This document shows, one piece after another, positions 11,862-24,363 of a stretch of 64,000 bases of DNA; position 1 is the first letter of the stretch, and every line of letters begins with the position of its first letter. Under the pieces are notes generated by a model, which searched no databases, was not told where the DNA came from, and saw only the letters and a program-made list of their open reading frames with translations. The position numbers and the translations under genes were made by a program. The stretch comes from Novakomyces olei. Taxonomy: Eukaryota. The stretch covers positions 1,116,001-1,180,000 of the forward strand of contig JADEYG010000002.1 of assembly GCA_016906335.1 (NCBI GenBank). The letters are read 5' to 3'.

Positions 11862-14800
11862 TCATTGCCTGCCTGTAAACAGTTCTCGAAGTTCATTAGA
11901 CACTTCTGGGAGATACTGCTCGAGTCGATGGATAGTATCCTCACTGAGTAGGTAGCCAGAGAGCGATTTGCGATGCTCTAATCTATCGTCATCCGCAACC
12001 GCATTATCTCGTTGTGACTCGTCAACCTGTGCCTTAGACTCGGCTTCCTGTTTCCTTTCAGGCTCGAAGTCAGACTTCTTTTCCGCAGAGGATTTCATCA
12101 CAAGTACAACATTTTTAATTGACTCTGTAGCTGCTTCCACAATCTGCGGCTTTCGATTCGTCGTAGCAAGCATTTCTATTACTTTATTTATCAGCTCGGA
12201 CCACACTGTCTCTGACGCAGCGATCGAGTTGGGGTATTCAAATGAATAATGCAAGAACACTTTGCACATAAGGCTAATCGTTTGAGCCTCTGCATCCAAA
12301 GCTCCTTTAGGGTCTACACGGAACAACTGGCTTTTGTTTATGGCGCCGGCAATAGGGAATAAGATTTGCTCAAAGACAAACGGTTCAGCTGCATGCTCTG
12401 GCGGATACTTGTAGATACCGGCAAGTAACCTTTGCAGGTACTGGAACGCGTTTTGGCGCACGACACGAGAATTACTGCAGCAATTCTCGGCCAAATTCCG
12501 TAAAACAGGCTCATAAAATTGGGACCATTCTGTAATTTTGTTAGCGTCTCACAATCATAGAAGGAGCCTTTACCAATTTTGCTGTCAGCTATATTAAAGT
12601 TTGTAATCGCTTCAGCAAGAAGAAACAGTTTCGCAAGCGCATCCGGTCCGAGGTAAACATATTCGTCCCTGATAAAGTTAGATTGGTAATTAGACTGCTA
12701 TTGACATACCGTAAAAGTGCTTTTCCCCGGTTCTTTCTTTCATAATTAAACCTGGAGGCTATATGTTTCGAGTCCTCTTTGGCAATTGCGGTGAACATAT
12801 TGGCCAAGGGCAAAAAGTTTTCTTTGGTCAAATGATTCTCCAATATTTTTGAAGCGATTTCTAGGACTTGCCGCTTTGACTTTGCGTTTCTGGACAGTTT
12901 TGAAAGAATAACGTACAAGGCATCATGATTCACAAAGATTTCTTCAACACCACCGCTGAGACACGTGGCGAGACCCTCGACAATGGAAAATGCCTGGCTC
13001 AAGAGTGCTTCATCAGAGAGACGATCGATTGCCAAAAGTACCTTTTTCTTGTCTACAATACCAGACAGACCAAAGTCCATTTCTCCGCGAACAATTCGCA
13101 GCAAATAAACACAGTTTCGACTGGCTTTTATTTCATCCGACGAGTTTGAGCTTGCGAGTATTAATGATCCGATGATAGGACCATTTGCTCTGAGAGATTT
13201 TTCGTCACGCAAAGACAGTGCAAGAGCGATTTCAGTTTTCCATAGGTTAATTGCCCGAAGAGACTCCTCACGGTAGTTTGGCTGCTTTCTCCTGCCACTG
13301 TGGCCTTCGGCATCTGCACCACCAGTCTCCGTACGATGACCCGTCTCGTGAACTGCTGTATTATTTTCCAGTACGGATGATGATGATGATGATGATGCCT
13401 TTAACGCTTTAACTTCGTCGCTGAGTAGGGCACCCAGCAAAACATCCGTATTCACCTGGTTCAGCTTTAGAACATTGGTAAAAAGATGTTCAATTTGACA
13501 CGAAGCAATGCAATCGATCGTGCACATTGTACTTTCAATCTCCTCGTCTGAAGGCATTTGTTGATCATCGTTGTAATTAGCTAAATAAGAAGAAAGGGCG
13601 GAAAGCAGTCCGCTATCAGACGCGGATGAGTCCATGTCCTTCTTTGTATAATGTCCGCTTGGGGGTAGTGGTAGAGGTTCCAGATCTATAAACTGATGAA
13701 GAGGTGATATCGTTGCTGGGAGCAGTCTATTCACCAGCAACATCTTCAAGATTCCTAAAATTTGGCGCCAGCCATGGCGAATTATGCCTTCATAGCCCTG
13801 TGATATACGGAAAAGTACGACGGCTGCGAGTTGAGATTTGAAACTGCGCCCAAATCTAACAGACAGAGAGCTGACCGTAAAGACTTGGCTTCCACTCTCG
13901 ACTGTAGTATTGGGCGCTGTATTCAAATACGTGTCGTTTGTTAAACTAGTCATCTTGGACAAACATAGAATAATATGGTCGACCACTTCGTGTAACCCAT
14001 AAGCCTTTGCGATCTCTGCACATTGATTAAACGCGTTTATCACTCTGGAAAACACAGCATCATCCGTGGCAGTCGAAAACACATAGGCGAATGTTGTGAT
14101 GACTGGCTTCCACGTTGCTTGAAACATCATCTCGTCGTACAAATTAGTATTGCAGACAATAAGGCCTGGTGAAGATGCAACTTTAAGCATTAGCTCCCTC
14201 CACGCCATATCAAAGCTCGCTTCAGTATCGTGTTCTTCCGCAATGATGATTTCTTCCCGTTTTATTGCCTCGAAAATTTCAAGTAAATATTCGGCAGAGA
14301 AATCTTTCTTATTATTCAAGCCACGAAGGTTGTTTTTGAACTGTTCAAAATTCATTCTTCTACGAACATTAGGACTGTGCAAATCAGTGTTGAGCATAAT
14401 CACCGCATAAGCGAGAACAAATACGCTGTCAGCGTTCGCAACGAAGTCGTTTTCGCCCTCGTCATAATGAGCAGCAAAGCACTCCATCACTCGCTCAATC
14501 TGCTGTGATTCACCAGGAAGACGGAATGATTGCATCAACTCGCGCAGCGCTTGATCAACACGCATCCCCGAGAAATCAAAAAGCTGAATGAATTCGTAGA
14601 GTAGAGCTTTGTTTGACGGCTTCGCTAAATATTCGCCGAGCAGCTTTTTATTAAATCGTGAAGTGCTTCGTATAAATTGAGCAAGAGAGCGAGGGCTGGC
14701 TTCGCTGTCAATCAATTTCACATCTTTCATATACTGCACAGCCTTTTCCGGACTCTCGTTGAAAAGTGATGTGGCTTTTATGACAATTTGCTTTTTCTTG

Positions 14801-16689
14801 ATCTGAGCCGTCAGCGTACTTGGGTCAGGGAACGATTTATTTTCGTATGTTTTTCCCACTCGAGCATGTATTGATTTGACGTAAGCCAGTAAAGCCTCGA
14901 GGCACAAAGGCGGGACGTTTGGAGTTGACCAAAGCGCAGCATCGACATATGCATTTCTCCCTAATATTCCAATGACGTCCTCACAAAGATTTTCCATGTT
15001 TGATTCACAATCGTAATTGACGAAAAGCTCAACCATAAACGAGGGGATCCTTATGAGTCCACTGATGCATTCAATCATAGACTCACGACTTTCCGGTGAT
15101 CGAAGCGATACAGAGCCCTCCAGTCCCATTCTTTGACGATCCTTCACGGGGACGGGAGTAGTATTTCCCCCGGTGAGCTCTTTTAGTTTAGGTTTTGTAG
15201 GAACACCCTCGTAATATAATGGATCAACATTCACATCCACGAATCCATCGGATTTTGGGTACAGGCAGGATGCAAGGTAGGAGAGGAACAGCTCCTGCTG
15301 AAACTTTAAAAATGGCCTCAAAGTATACAGCAGAGTCATTGTCGCCCGTAAAGAATTGCTCAGTATTGTCACATTGTCTGACCTGACTAATTGAAACAGA
15401 TATCTGCAAAGGTCATCGACAGCTAAGCCTCTGAGTACAGCATGATGGCCAATCTCTGTGCCGGCAACTTCGAACGCCACGTCAAGAATTTTCAAGGCCA
15501 TTATACGCATTGTATCCGTTTGTTGGATATTGTGAGTGTCAAGAAGGGATATTAAAACCCGCAAAAGCTCGCGAATCGAGCCTAGTCCGTAGGGCTCGAT
15601 CGCTTGTTCATCCGAATCAATGTTAGAAGGGGAAATCTGATCAGAGGACCCCTCCTCGTCTGGCTCTGCCCCATTGGTTGGAACTGCTTCCGCGGGTAAC
15701 GCTGTTTCCTCCGTCGTCGATTCGATGGTTTCCTCGGTAGTCGCTGGTCTGCTTTGAATTATACTTTCTTCCGTAACGTGAACATTAAGCGAGTTTGTAA
15801 TTTCCAATTGTTCATCGCGAACAACCTCAATCTCCTTGAGCCTTTCAAAGATTGTTTGAACCATCTTTACCATTGATATTTCTGCAGAGCGTCGAAGTAA
15901 CTCAGAAAGCCGTAGCTGGCAGCACATGGACAGGCCCGTTTCCATCATCTCACAAACAGACTCATCACTGAGCATTTTTCCTCCAACACCAGTGATCATT
16001 TCCTCCATTACTTTCAAGATCTTTAGCAATACAACTTCGTCCTGAGCTGAATCGGATGCCTCGAACCGGCAGTGGGTTATTGCAGAAGAAAGCAATTTCA
16101 TAGCAAGAGGAAGTCGTAGAGATCGCTCGTTGATAATTCCGTACGAGAAAAATTTGCTGATAGCATTGAGAGAAAGTGACGTGATTGACCCCGTCACAGA
16201 TGATGATTTTATCACCGACAAGAACGGATGTAGCAGTCTGTGCGTATCAAATGTGGCAATGTCTAAAGCTGAGTCAATAAAGACGAGCCAATTAATTAAT
16301 TTTGAAATAAATGATTACCTTCCACATCACTGATTTCAGCTCGCAGTTTTGTAAAGTCTGACATTAGAGGATTCTCCTATAAGGCAATTAGCATTCAGCA
16401 AAGAAACAAACCTTAGTGCAGTCGGGACAAAATGAACAGCATTAGAATAAGGAAAAAAAATTACCACTGATCGAGATGATGTTGACCGTAGACCCCATTT
16501 GCTGGCGAAATTTTCCTCTGCATCACCCGCTGCATCAGGAGCAGAAATGGCACCGCCGAGTATGGCGGCGACTCCGCTCGAAGCCCATCGTGAATGTTTG
16601 CGAAGTGACGCGATTATGATAATGATCTCGTTCACTACCAGCGACGTGGGCGCAATAGAACAAATTGGCTGACTTGTGCCATGTTCCAT
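11862..16689 (-). CDS. GEA2: Large Arf guanine-nucleotide exchange factor (Gea1/Gea2/GBF1 type, Sec7 domain), multi-exon
   Basis: HCRFEASDSAQDEVVLLKIL (DCB), LFVNYDC (HUS), Sec7 FRLPGESQQIERV and IMLNTDLH; C-terminal VRQNAFQYLQR. Confidence 0.93.
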
Positions 16690-17328
16690 TCCGTGAGTGG
16701 CGTCGTAAAGGTCTCGCTCGAATGCTCCGCTACGACCTATACATACGTCTACACGCGAACGTCTGGTGAATATAGCAATAATATGAAGAAAGTCGGTGTT
16801 GCACGTACACGTAAATTAGTATAATTGTGCTACGTATTATACGGCGCTCGAATAAAATATGGGTATAAAGGCTATGCTGCCCCGCTCTATAGTCTCAGAT
16901 AAGTAAAATAACCCTAACTAACCCTATTCCCCGCTCCGCTTGTCAGGTCTGCACGCTGGCGTCAATTTTTGTTTGCTATCTGATCAATGACGGCTAAATT
17001 TACACATTTACAGTGTGCAAAGGCTGTGTAAATTATTATAGGGCAGATTACGTCTACATACTCATCAGTTTTGTTTGTCACCATGTTTGGATCACTATTA
17101 GGAAATATGATCATACATTGTAAAACTTGTTTCATTTTGCTGAGGACTTCACCTTTCATAATACCGTTTAACTGCTTCTCTTGATACACCAACAATCATC
17201 TGTAAGCAAGGTAACGAATGGTGCTGAATATCAAAGTATTTAATCATGAATTGGTGCTCTGAAAAGTGTTGTACATGAATAATTACAACATGAAACCATA
17301 TCTATTTAGACTGTCTAATCTGTAAGCT

Positions 17329-18495
17329 CTAGTCGCGCCCTAAAGGGCTCTTCGATTCCACGTGAGTGAGCGCTCCAAGCATAATGTCCCAAAAAGCGTT
17401 TGCCTGTAGGTCAATATAGCTGCAACAACTTTTCGTGATTAATTGGAAAAAACAAACAAAAATAAATACATACATCGAGCTCTAGGGCTACATGAACATT
17501 AGGAGGCCGACCCGAGTTATGCAGAGTATCCACTGCTGTCCGCCCCACACAGGGACCATGAGTTGTGTCCACATCCACACGGCAAAATTCGCTCTTCAAG
17601 CAAAGCGAGGGTGTACAAGCCAAAGCAACTGCACATGGATCATGGACAGGCGGCCCCTCTTTCATATTAAATACAGTAGCGTAGGTATGAGCAAAGTAGG
17701 TCATTAGTTCGTATAACAGGCGGCGAAATCGACTCTTTTCCGGTTGAAGACGCTCAAGCACTGATGCATCGGCAACTGCTTGGTGAGTCAGTTCCAATGG
17801 CACCATCAGTAGCTTTCCTCTAAGCTCTGGACAGCCCAGAACGACAGCCGCAGCCTCGGGATCAACGAGTATGTTGAACTCGGCTTGTGAAGAATAGTTC
17901 CCCACTGTCAGTGCTCCTCCCATAAACACAATACCGCCGATTAAAGATGCCGCAAGGGGAAACGTGCGTAGTAGCAAGGCAATGTTTGTCAGTGGCCCAG
18001 TGGCAACAATTGTCATGCCCGGTTTGCGCTGTAGAGCCTCGTACAGAGCCGTTATTGCTGAGCCATCGTCGATCAGACCAGTGGAGGAAGGCAGCAAATC
18101 AGTCCCATCGAGTCCACTATCACCATGTATTTCTGGGGCAATGAGCGAGGGCCTCACCAGCGGGTCACAGCTGCCACGATATATTGGAAATATGTTGGAC
18201 TCGCCAATAGCAGCACGTACGCTAAGCGCGTTACGCGTAGTCGCGTTCAATGGCGCATTGCCATGAACAGTGCTAACACCTACGAGTGGACAGGCACGGT
18301 CCGTGGTAGCAAAGCCATAAGCAAGCACTATTGCCATGACATCATCGTGGCCTAGAGATTGTTAGTGCCGGGTCTGGCAGGGCCAATTGGCAGGGCCAGG
18401 CGGAAGTGTTTACCGGGATCGCAGTCCTGCAAAGTTAAACATTATTACCTTGGTAGTCTTACCAGCCATATGCTTTGTGCAGGACGCATGCCCAT
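17329..18495 (-). CDS. URH1: Uridine/inosine nucleoside hydrolase; 4 exons including a 13-nt microexon 18414-18426
   Basis: Splicing gives IWL-DCDPG-HDD; also STVHGN, IHGDSGLDG, TGPLTNIA, AEFNI, PPVHDPCAV. Confidence 0.92.
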
Positions 18496-19301
18496 GCTGG
18501 ACGAATTAGGGGACGACGACTTTGGGGATTATGACAGAGCGATAAACGGTAATTTCTCAAATTTATTGCCGGCTCTGCGGGCAACTACACATCAACATCT
18601 AACTGCCTACGAACCCCATTTTTAAGCTTAAGATTCGTTCTGGCGACGCTATAGCAACCATCCGTTGAATTAGACGGTGTTTAGCATTTGGTCGAGTTTA
18701 CACTGACTCCAAGCCCAGATGATATAATGGTGAAACATTTCACTATTTGCAGATTACAATGTAACTCGAAATATACTGCGAGCATTCAGCAAAGGCCACT
18801 GGCACGATGACCACTGCCGGCCAAATCTTGATCTTCAATTCGGTGACACAGCAGACCGATTCGGGAAGCAGGGTTTGTTACATTAGTGCTGCCATTATGC
18901 ATCGCGAACATTATCGCCCGCGCGCGATTAGGGTTAATTAAGGTTATTATTGGATTTAGGCAACCTAAACCATTCTTTGCCAATGATATTAGAAGATTTC
19001 TTGTGGATTATTAAAGTAAGCCGCCTTCGTACCTCGGTCCCGCTGTCTCGGGTTTCGCGATATGGTAACTTTTTCATATACAATAATGTAGGCGTCTCCC
19101 AAACGTACGATAAACTTTGCTGTCCGTGTACAGCTTGAATATGTAGTGTAACTGGAAGATTTGCGGTTTTTTGCTCGATAAAATAGGGATAAATAAATAA
19201 ATAAATAAACAATTAATTAATTATATGTATATATATAAATAATTAAATAAATAAATTAATAGGGTGGCAAGCTGATTAAATTCATTCAACACCCAAACAC
19301 T

Positions 19302-20531
19302 ATGCCAGGAGCCTTTGTCACGTCATTAGCGGGTGTGCTGGCCTCACAGTTCACCCGCACTGATGTGGGTCACCCGCCTCCCGACCACGAACCACGTCTT
19401 GTGCCCTTTATGTCTGACCAGGTGTTGAGTATGATCGTGCCGATTGTCGCGTACTGGGTTTATTCAGTGTTCTACGCCTTTCTTGACATTTATCGCATAC
19501 CTTTGTTTGAACGGCACCGAATACATACGCCAGAGGAGCTTAAATCGCGGAACAAGGCCTCGTTTTGGCACGTTATAAGGGGCGTCATTCTTCAGCAAGT
19601 TATCCAGATTCTTTGCAGCTTGATTCTCTTTTATATCGACGAGCCTCCGCCCCCAGTCGATGCGGTCGCAGGGCTGACCTCATTGAAAAGGAGGATGGGC
19701 TATGTGCCTATTCACTATCGTGCCCGCTTGGCACAAGTACTGTACTATGGAGCAGTGCCGGCAATACAAATGGCAATAGCTATTTTCTTGCTTGACACTT
19801 GGCAATTCTTTTGGCACCGGTATATGCATCTAAATCGTACCCTGTACCGCCTTATTCACTCTCAGCATCACGAACTTTACGTGCCGTTCGCTTGTGGCGC
19901 ACTATACAATCATCCGCTGGAGGGGCTTTTGCTCGATACGATTGGCGCGGGCCTTGCTTTCAAGTTGTCTGGCATGTCGCTACGAATGGGAATCTTGTTT
20001 TTCGCTTTTAGCACATTCAAGACTGGTAAGTACTGCTTTTTTGCTCGATTTTGTTCTCGAGTTTTATCCTCGATTTTTATTCTCGATTTTTATTCTCGAT
20101 TTTTATTCTCGAGCACCATCTAATGAAATAGTTGATGACCATTGCGGTTACGTGTTTCCTTGGGATCCGTTTCAGTTCTTTTTCCACAACAACGCGCAAT
20201 ATCACGACATCCATCATCAGTCGTACGGCTTTACAAAGAACTTTTCGCAGCCGTTTTTCACATTTTGTAAGCAGCAAAATAAATACTTATTTGAAGCCTT
20301 TTCTAACTTCAAGGGGACGATATCTTGGGGACTAAAATGACGCTTGACCAAACACCGACGGCAAGAAGAAAAGCACGGGAACATTTACAGGCGTTGGAGA
20401 AGGAAGGAAAGGTCGATAAGGAACGGGTTGGTAATGTTGTAGAGGATGTTACTCTGGACTACAACACTATTCCCATTACGCCGGCACAAGGGGAAAAGAT
20501 ACGCCAACGGGTATATGGCGATAAGAATTGA
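19302..20531 (+). CDS. SUR2: Sphinganine C4-hydroxylase; introns 20026-20130, 20267-20313
   Basis: His boxes DTWQFFWHRYMH, HSQHH, KTVDDHCGY, YHDIHHQ; NFSQPFFTFWD. Confidence 0.94.
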
Positions 20532-21054
20532 ATTGAATGAGAAAAATGAATTGATTCATTCTCTTTGTGCCACCATTTAAGACCGATGAGCTATGTACAA
20601 ACAAATGTTTAATATTCGTCGCGCACACCAAAAGTTTTGCTCGGTTACAACTGCGAAATACAAAACGCATAATACTTCCTTTGCACTCGTTTGTTTTTGG
20701 ATCAGGGATACATATAATATGGTTGTTTTACAACAGTTTAATTTTTGATACCTAATATTGTATTTATACATTTTATCATCATTGTTCTCGGGACTTGCAA
20801 ACTCGTTTGCGTACCACACGCTGCCCGTCAAGCGTAGTAATTTCGTAGCAATGACGATAAAGGCTTAATTGATTATGATGACAGAGTTCAAAACACTCAT
20901 CTGGCCCGTAAAGTCGGTACACTGTCGTATGCAAAATTTAATGTACAAATGCGATGAAAATCGAGTCACGCTCGTCCTGTGCGCGTGTGCCATGTAAATT
21001 GTCCGTTTAAAATGTTTGAAAATTGTTCGTCTAAAATGTCCGAGAACCACCGGA

Positions 21055-21315
21055 TCAATCCCGTACTATAACACGCTGTACGTCTGCTGTCCGTGCCGGC
21101 GCACTCTGATCTTGTTGTTGACCGTCTGTGCGAGAGTCCTTCCGCTGAGACATCCGCCCGTGTGCGTGGCTTACTAACCGTCCGTCACGATACGCCGGGC
21201 AGGGAATGAATGAAGGAAGAGCGACAACTACCACAGCGCCAGCAGCCGTAAGGTAGAATAGCGCTGATGTCAATCGGCCTTTTTGCCGTACCGTTAGACC
21301 CGGTGGGAACCGCAT
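21055..21315 (-). CDS. COA2: Cytochrome c oxidase assembly factor Coa2-like small protein
   Basis: Basic N-terminus, hydrophobic segment and (L/I)PCPA motif as in yeast Coa2. Confidence 0.7.
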   Translation of the reverse strand: MRFPPGLTVRQKGRLTSALFYLTAAGAVVVVALPSFIPCPAYRDGRLVSHAHGRMSQRKDSRTDGQQQDQSAPARTADVQRVIVRD

Positions 21316-21540
21316 TATGCTTCCTCCTCGAGCTGTGTTTGTACCAATACAATCGATCGAAACAGATTGCCTTTGCCTTCCTTTGCTGATTGCAAAAGCA
21401 ATACTCGACCCTTCAGACTCGACTTTTTAGGTTAGGCTGCGTAAATTTGACTGTAGCACTTTCCGCCTATCCTCTGGTCATATAAGAATATTTACCACAA
21501 GTAAGAGTCTATTCAAAGTGACAAATAAACAGTGCAAAGG

Positions 21541-21712
21541 GTCACGGCCCCCGTGATTATATCAGGATGAAGAGTATAAGTAATGTAAAGAGCTTGATAA
21601 TTTAATTGGGTTTATAGAGTTTTGCAGTTTTCATTTATTATCCTCTTGCAAATTATAAGCGCAAAAAGTTTAGTAAACTCTCGACGAGTTTCGTACCGCA
21701 GAGGCCGTGACG
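21541..21712 (+). ncRNA. Candidate intronic structured RNA (snoRNA-like, unidentified)
   Basis: 9-bp terminal stem GTCACGGCC/GGCCGTGAC with C-like GTGATTA and D-like CAGA inside, within a putative intron GTAAGA(21501)..ACTAAAAGATCAG(21809). Confidence 0.45.
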
Positions 21713-22001
21713 ATGGTTATCTTTGATTTTAAGGAATCGAGGCGTCTTTTGCCCCTTCTTTTATTTAGGCTATAATACAAAAAAGCGTACGTTTTAACTA
21801 AAAGATCAGGGAGAGTGTCGCCTGGCGTTTAATTGATTATTCTAGACAGTAGTTGCCTTGGAAACTATTCAATATCCAAGCGAGCTATACACCTCCTTAA
21901 ACTGAGGCATTCTACTGATTGCTCAAGACTTGAACAAGAAACCTCTTTCTATCCTCTGCTCCTCTGCTTCTATTATATACTATACAATGTTCCGGAAATT
22001 C

Positions 22002-23049
22002 TCAAGATAATTGCTGTCGTCGTTTAGTCGCCAAAGTTTTAAGAAATACAGCCAAAAAAGACAAAAGAGCACATACCAAAATTAGACCATACGCCAGGTT
22101 ACAGACCAGCCCTGCTGCTACAAAGAGCCGATGGCGTTTGGCATACACCGACTCGGGTGAGAATATGAGCGCCAGTGGTCCCACAAAGAACCCCATCAGT
22201 ACAGCCAGTAAAATTTCGTAATAATTTTCGCGTTCCGCTAGTGAATGTAAGCATGAAAAGCATCCACAAAAAATTCAATTAATATTGAAAAACGAATATC
22301 CTACCATCAGAGTCAGCTGCATTTGCTCCAGTGTCAATCCAAGCCTCTTCAGCGGCTCGGTCAGCTGCATCGCTGGCTCCCAGCACTGTTTGTGTGCCAG
22401 TCGTCTCCTCATCCGCTCCATCACCGTTCCAACTATCACCCCCACGCATCATGCGAAATTGTGCTCGAAGGCCAGCGATATCCTGATCGGAAAATCCGCT
22501 CTCCCGCAACCGATCGAATCCACGTAAAGACGAATTAGGCTGTCTGCGTACATCTTCTGCCGTGGACGCACTGTCGCTAGTTGAGCTTGCTCCGTCAGGT
22601 TTTTCTGATATTGTGCAGTGCAGGTACACAGTGTGCCCTGCCATTGTATGCAACCGTGGTATTTGCTCGCTAAGCATAGTGTCGTCCACGAGCAGTTTCC
22701 CATTGTATATAAGCCGTAGCTGCTTATTTGCCAGTTCTGCAAGACTACTCGGTCGGCCAGACTGGCCGCACTCGTCTTGCAAAACCTGCACGATTTCCCG
22801 TTTCAATTGTGCTACTGTTCGCAGCGCCGGTACCTGCATCGGCAGGTCCTTGAACGTCTGGAACCGAACAATCAAAGAGATTGTGCGTACTTGGGGGCGC
22901 TTTGCCACTCCTCCATTTTCTGCCGCTCCACCATTTTCTGCCACTCCTCGACCTTCTACCGCTTTGCCTTTACCTTGTGAGCTTTGGCGAGAAGTAGCGC
23001 TCCTACTGTCTCCGCCACGGGAGCGATCGTTTACGCCTTGGTCCTCCAT
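22002..23049 (-). CDS. DSC3: DSC E3 ligase subunit 3 (N-terminal ubiquitin-like domain, C-terminal TM helices); introns 22238-22304 and probable 22014-22076
   Basis: LRLIYNGKLL, VYLHCTIS, RGFDRLRESGFS..DIAGLRAQF, EEAWID, MGFF. Confidence 0.88.
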
Positions 23050-23230
23050 GGCAAACGATACATTGCCCGTACTTGGCCGTTATTTTATCCAGTATTTTAA
23101 TCGTAGGGCTCTAGTCATACATTATACTGCATGGCAGAGGCAACTAACCCTAACCCTAATTTTATATTTATATTTTTGACTAACCCTAACACTAACAAAC
23201 GGCACATGTGGCAGGCAGGCAGTGTGGGGT

Positions 23231-24119
23231 AATGGCGCACCCACGCGCGCCATCTGACTGGAGAAATCAGGTGGCAGTAGTCACCTCGTGTACTGCTGAT
23301 GGAAGCGTGGCAAATGAGACGGCTTTGCTTTTGTGTCGCTGCCAGGTGCATGCAGTAGTAGTGGCCGATAGTAATAGGACAGGCCTTGCCGCCTTGACGG
23401 ATCGGTGCCAGGCTGCTAGCAAAGGCAGCACACACGTGTTGCCCGTCGTATGCGATGCATCCTCAGAGAGACAAGTGCTACAATTGCTTTCGTATGTGTT
23501 TCCTCGTGGATAAAGCTCACATTAAGACAGGTTCTGGTCAGGTTTGGACGGTTAGACGTGTACATTACAGGTTATTCCAATATGACGCCCGCTGGTTACG
23601 CTGCAAGCATCGATGCGTATGTTGCACTTGTTCGCTTTGTTTTGTTTTGTTTTTCATTATTTATTTTTTGGTTTTTGTTTTCAATTTTGAACTTTTATAT
23701 CTTTTTATTTTTTTTAATTTTTTTAATTTTTATTGATTAACCTCTCTAACTATGCTAGCGCGCTGGCTGCCATTAAACACGCCAGTGCGGCTATGCGTGC
23801 GAGCAAGACACTTCCCACCGGCTGCATTATCTTTACTAGTCCCAGTTTAAACGCTGAGTCTATGCCCTGTTTAAGTGCCCGTACTGCTATTCTGTCTATA
23901 CTGAACGTTTCTGCCTTACGATTGGCCGCTGAGAATATAAGGGTCAACGCTGTGTCATGTGAACCAGCTTCCATGGCCGCGGGAGTACGGCCACTTGAAA
24001 TGGCGGCGCGTGATGCAGCGAGACGGATTCTGGCAGTAATCAACTCAAAAATTAATGGCAAGCTGTTTGCTGTTCCTTGTTCTCAGAATAATGCCGCATG
24101 GATTAATTCGCGGATTTGA
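23231..24119 (+). CDS. Highly divergent short-chain dehydrogenase/reductase-like protein; introns 23492-23526, 23617-23758
   Basis: QVAVVT, VVVAD, VVCDAS, FGRLDV, GCIIFTS and NIRVNAVS are SDR scaffold motifs; cofactor and catalytic motifs are degenerate. Confidence 0.75.
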
Positions 24120-24363
24120 TTTATGTCTAAATTTGATATTGCCAATCGGCATTATGAATGATTGCTGTCGGTCGTACCTCTTGAATAATTTTAGCGCTCT
24201 ATCAAAGTTGTATTCCTTTTGGATTAGAACGATAAGCGGACTCGAATTCGGTTTAACATTTATAGATTAACAGCCCTATGTTGAGATTTCGTTTTAATTG
24301 TTTTCTTTAACGCACGGAGAAAGGAAAGCGAGACTAAAAAAATCTTTAAATTTAGACTTGAAG

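Noticed and set aside
16909..16926. TAACCCTAA as a telomerase RNA template or interstitial telomere
   Set aside because: The motif recurs in many promoters with ~10-bp spacing, which fits a protein-binding site better
16961..17150. Hairpins (AATTTACAC/GTGTAAATT, GATCA/TGATC) and AGATTA as an H/ACA snoRNA
   Set aside because: Pocket-to-H-box spacing is wrong, there is no ACA after the second hairpin and no target was found; may be URH1 3'UTR
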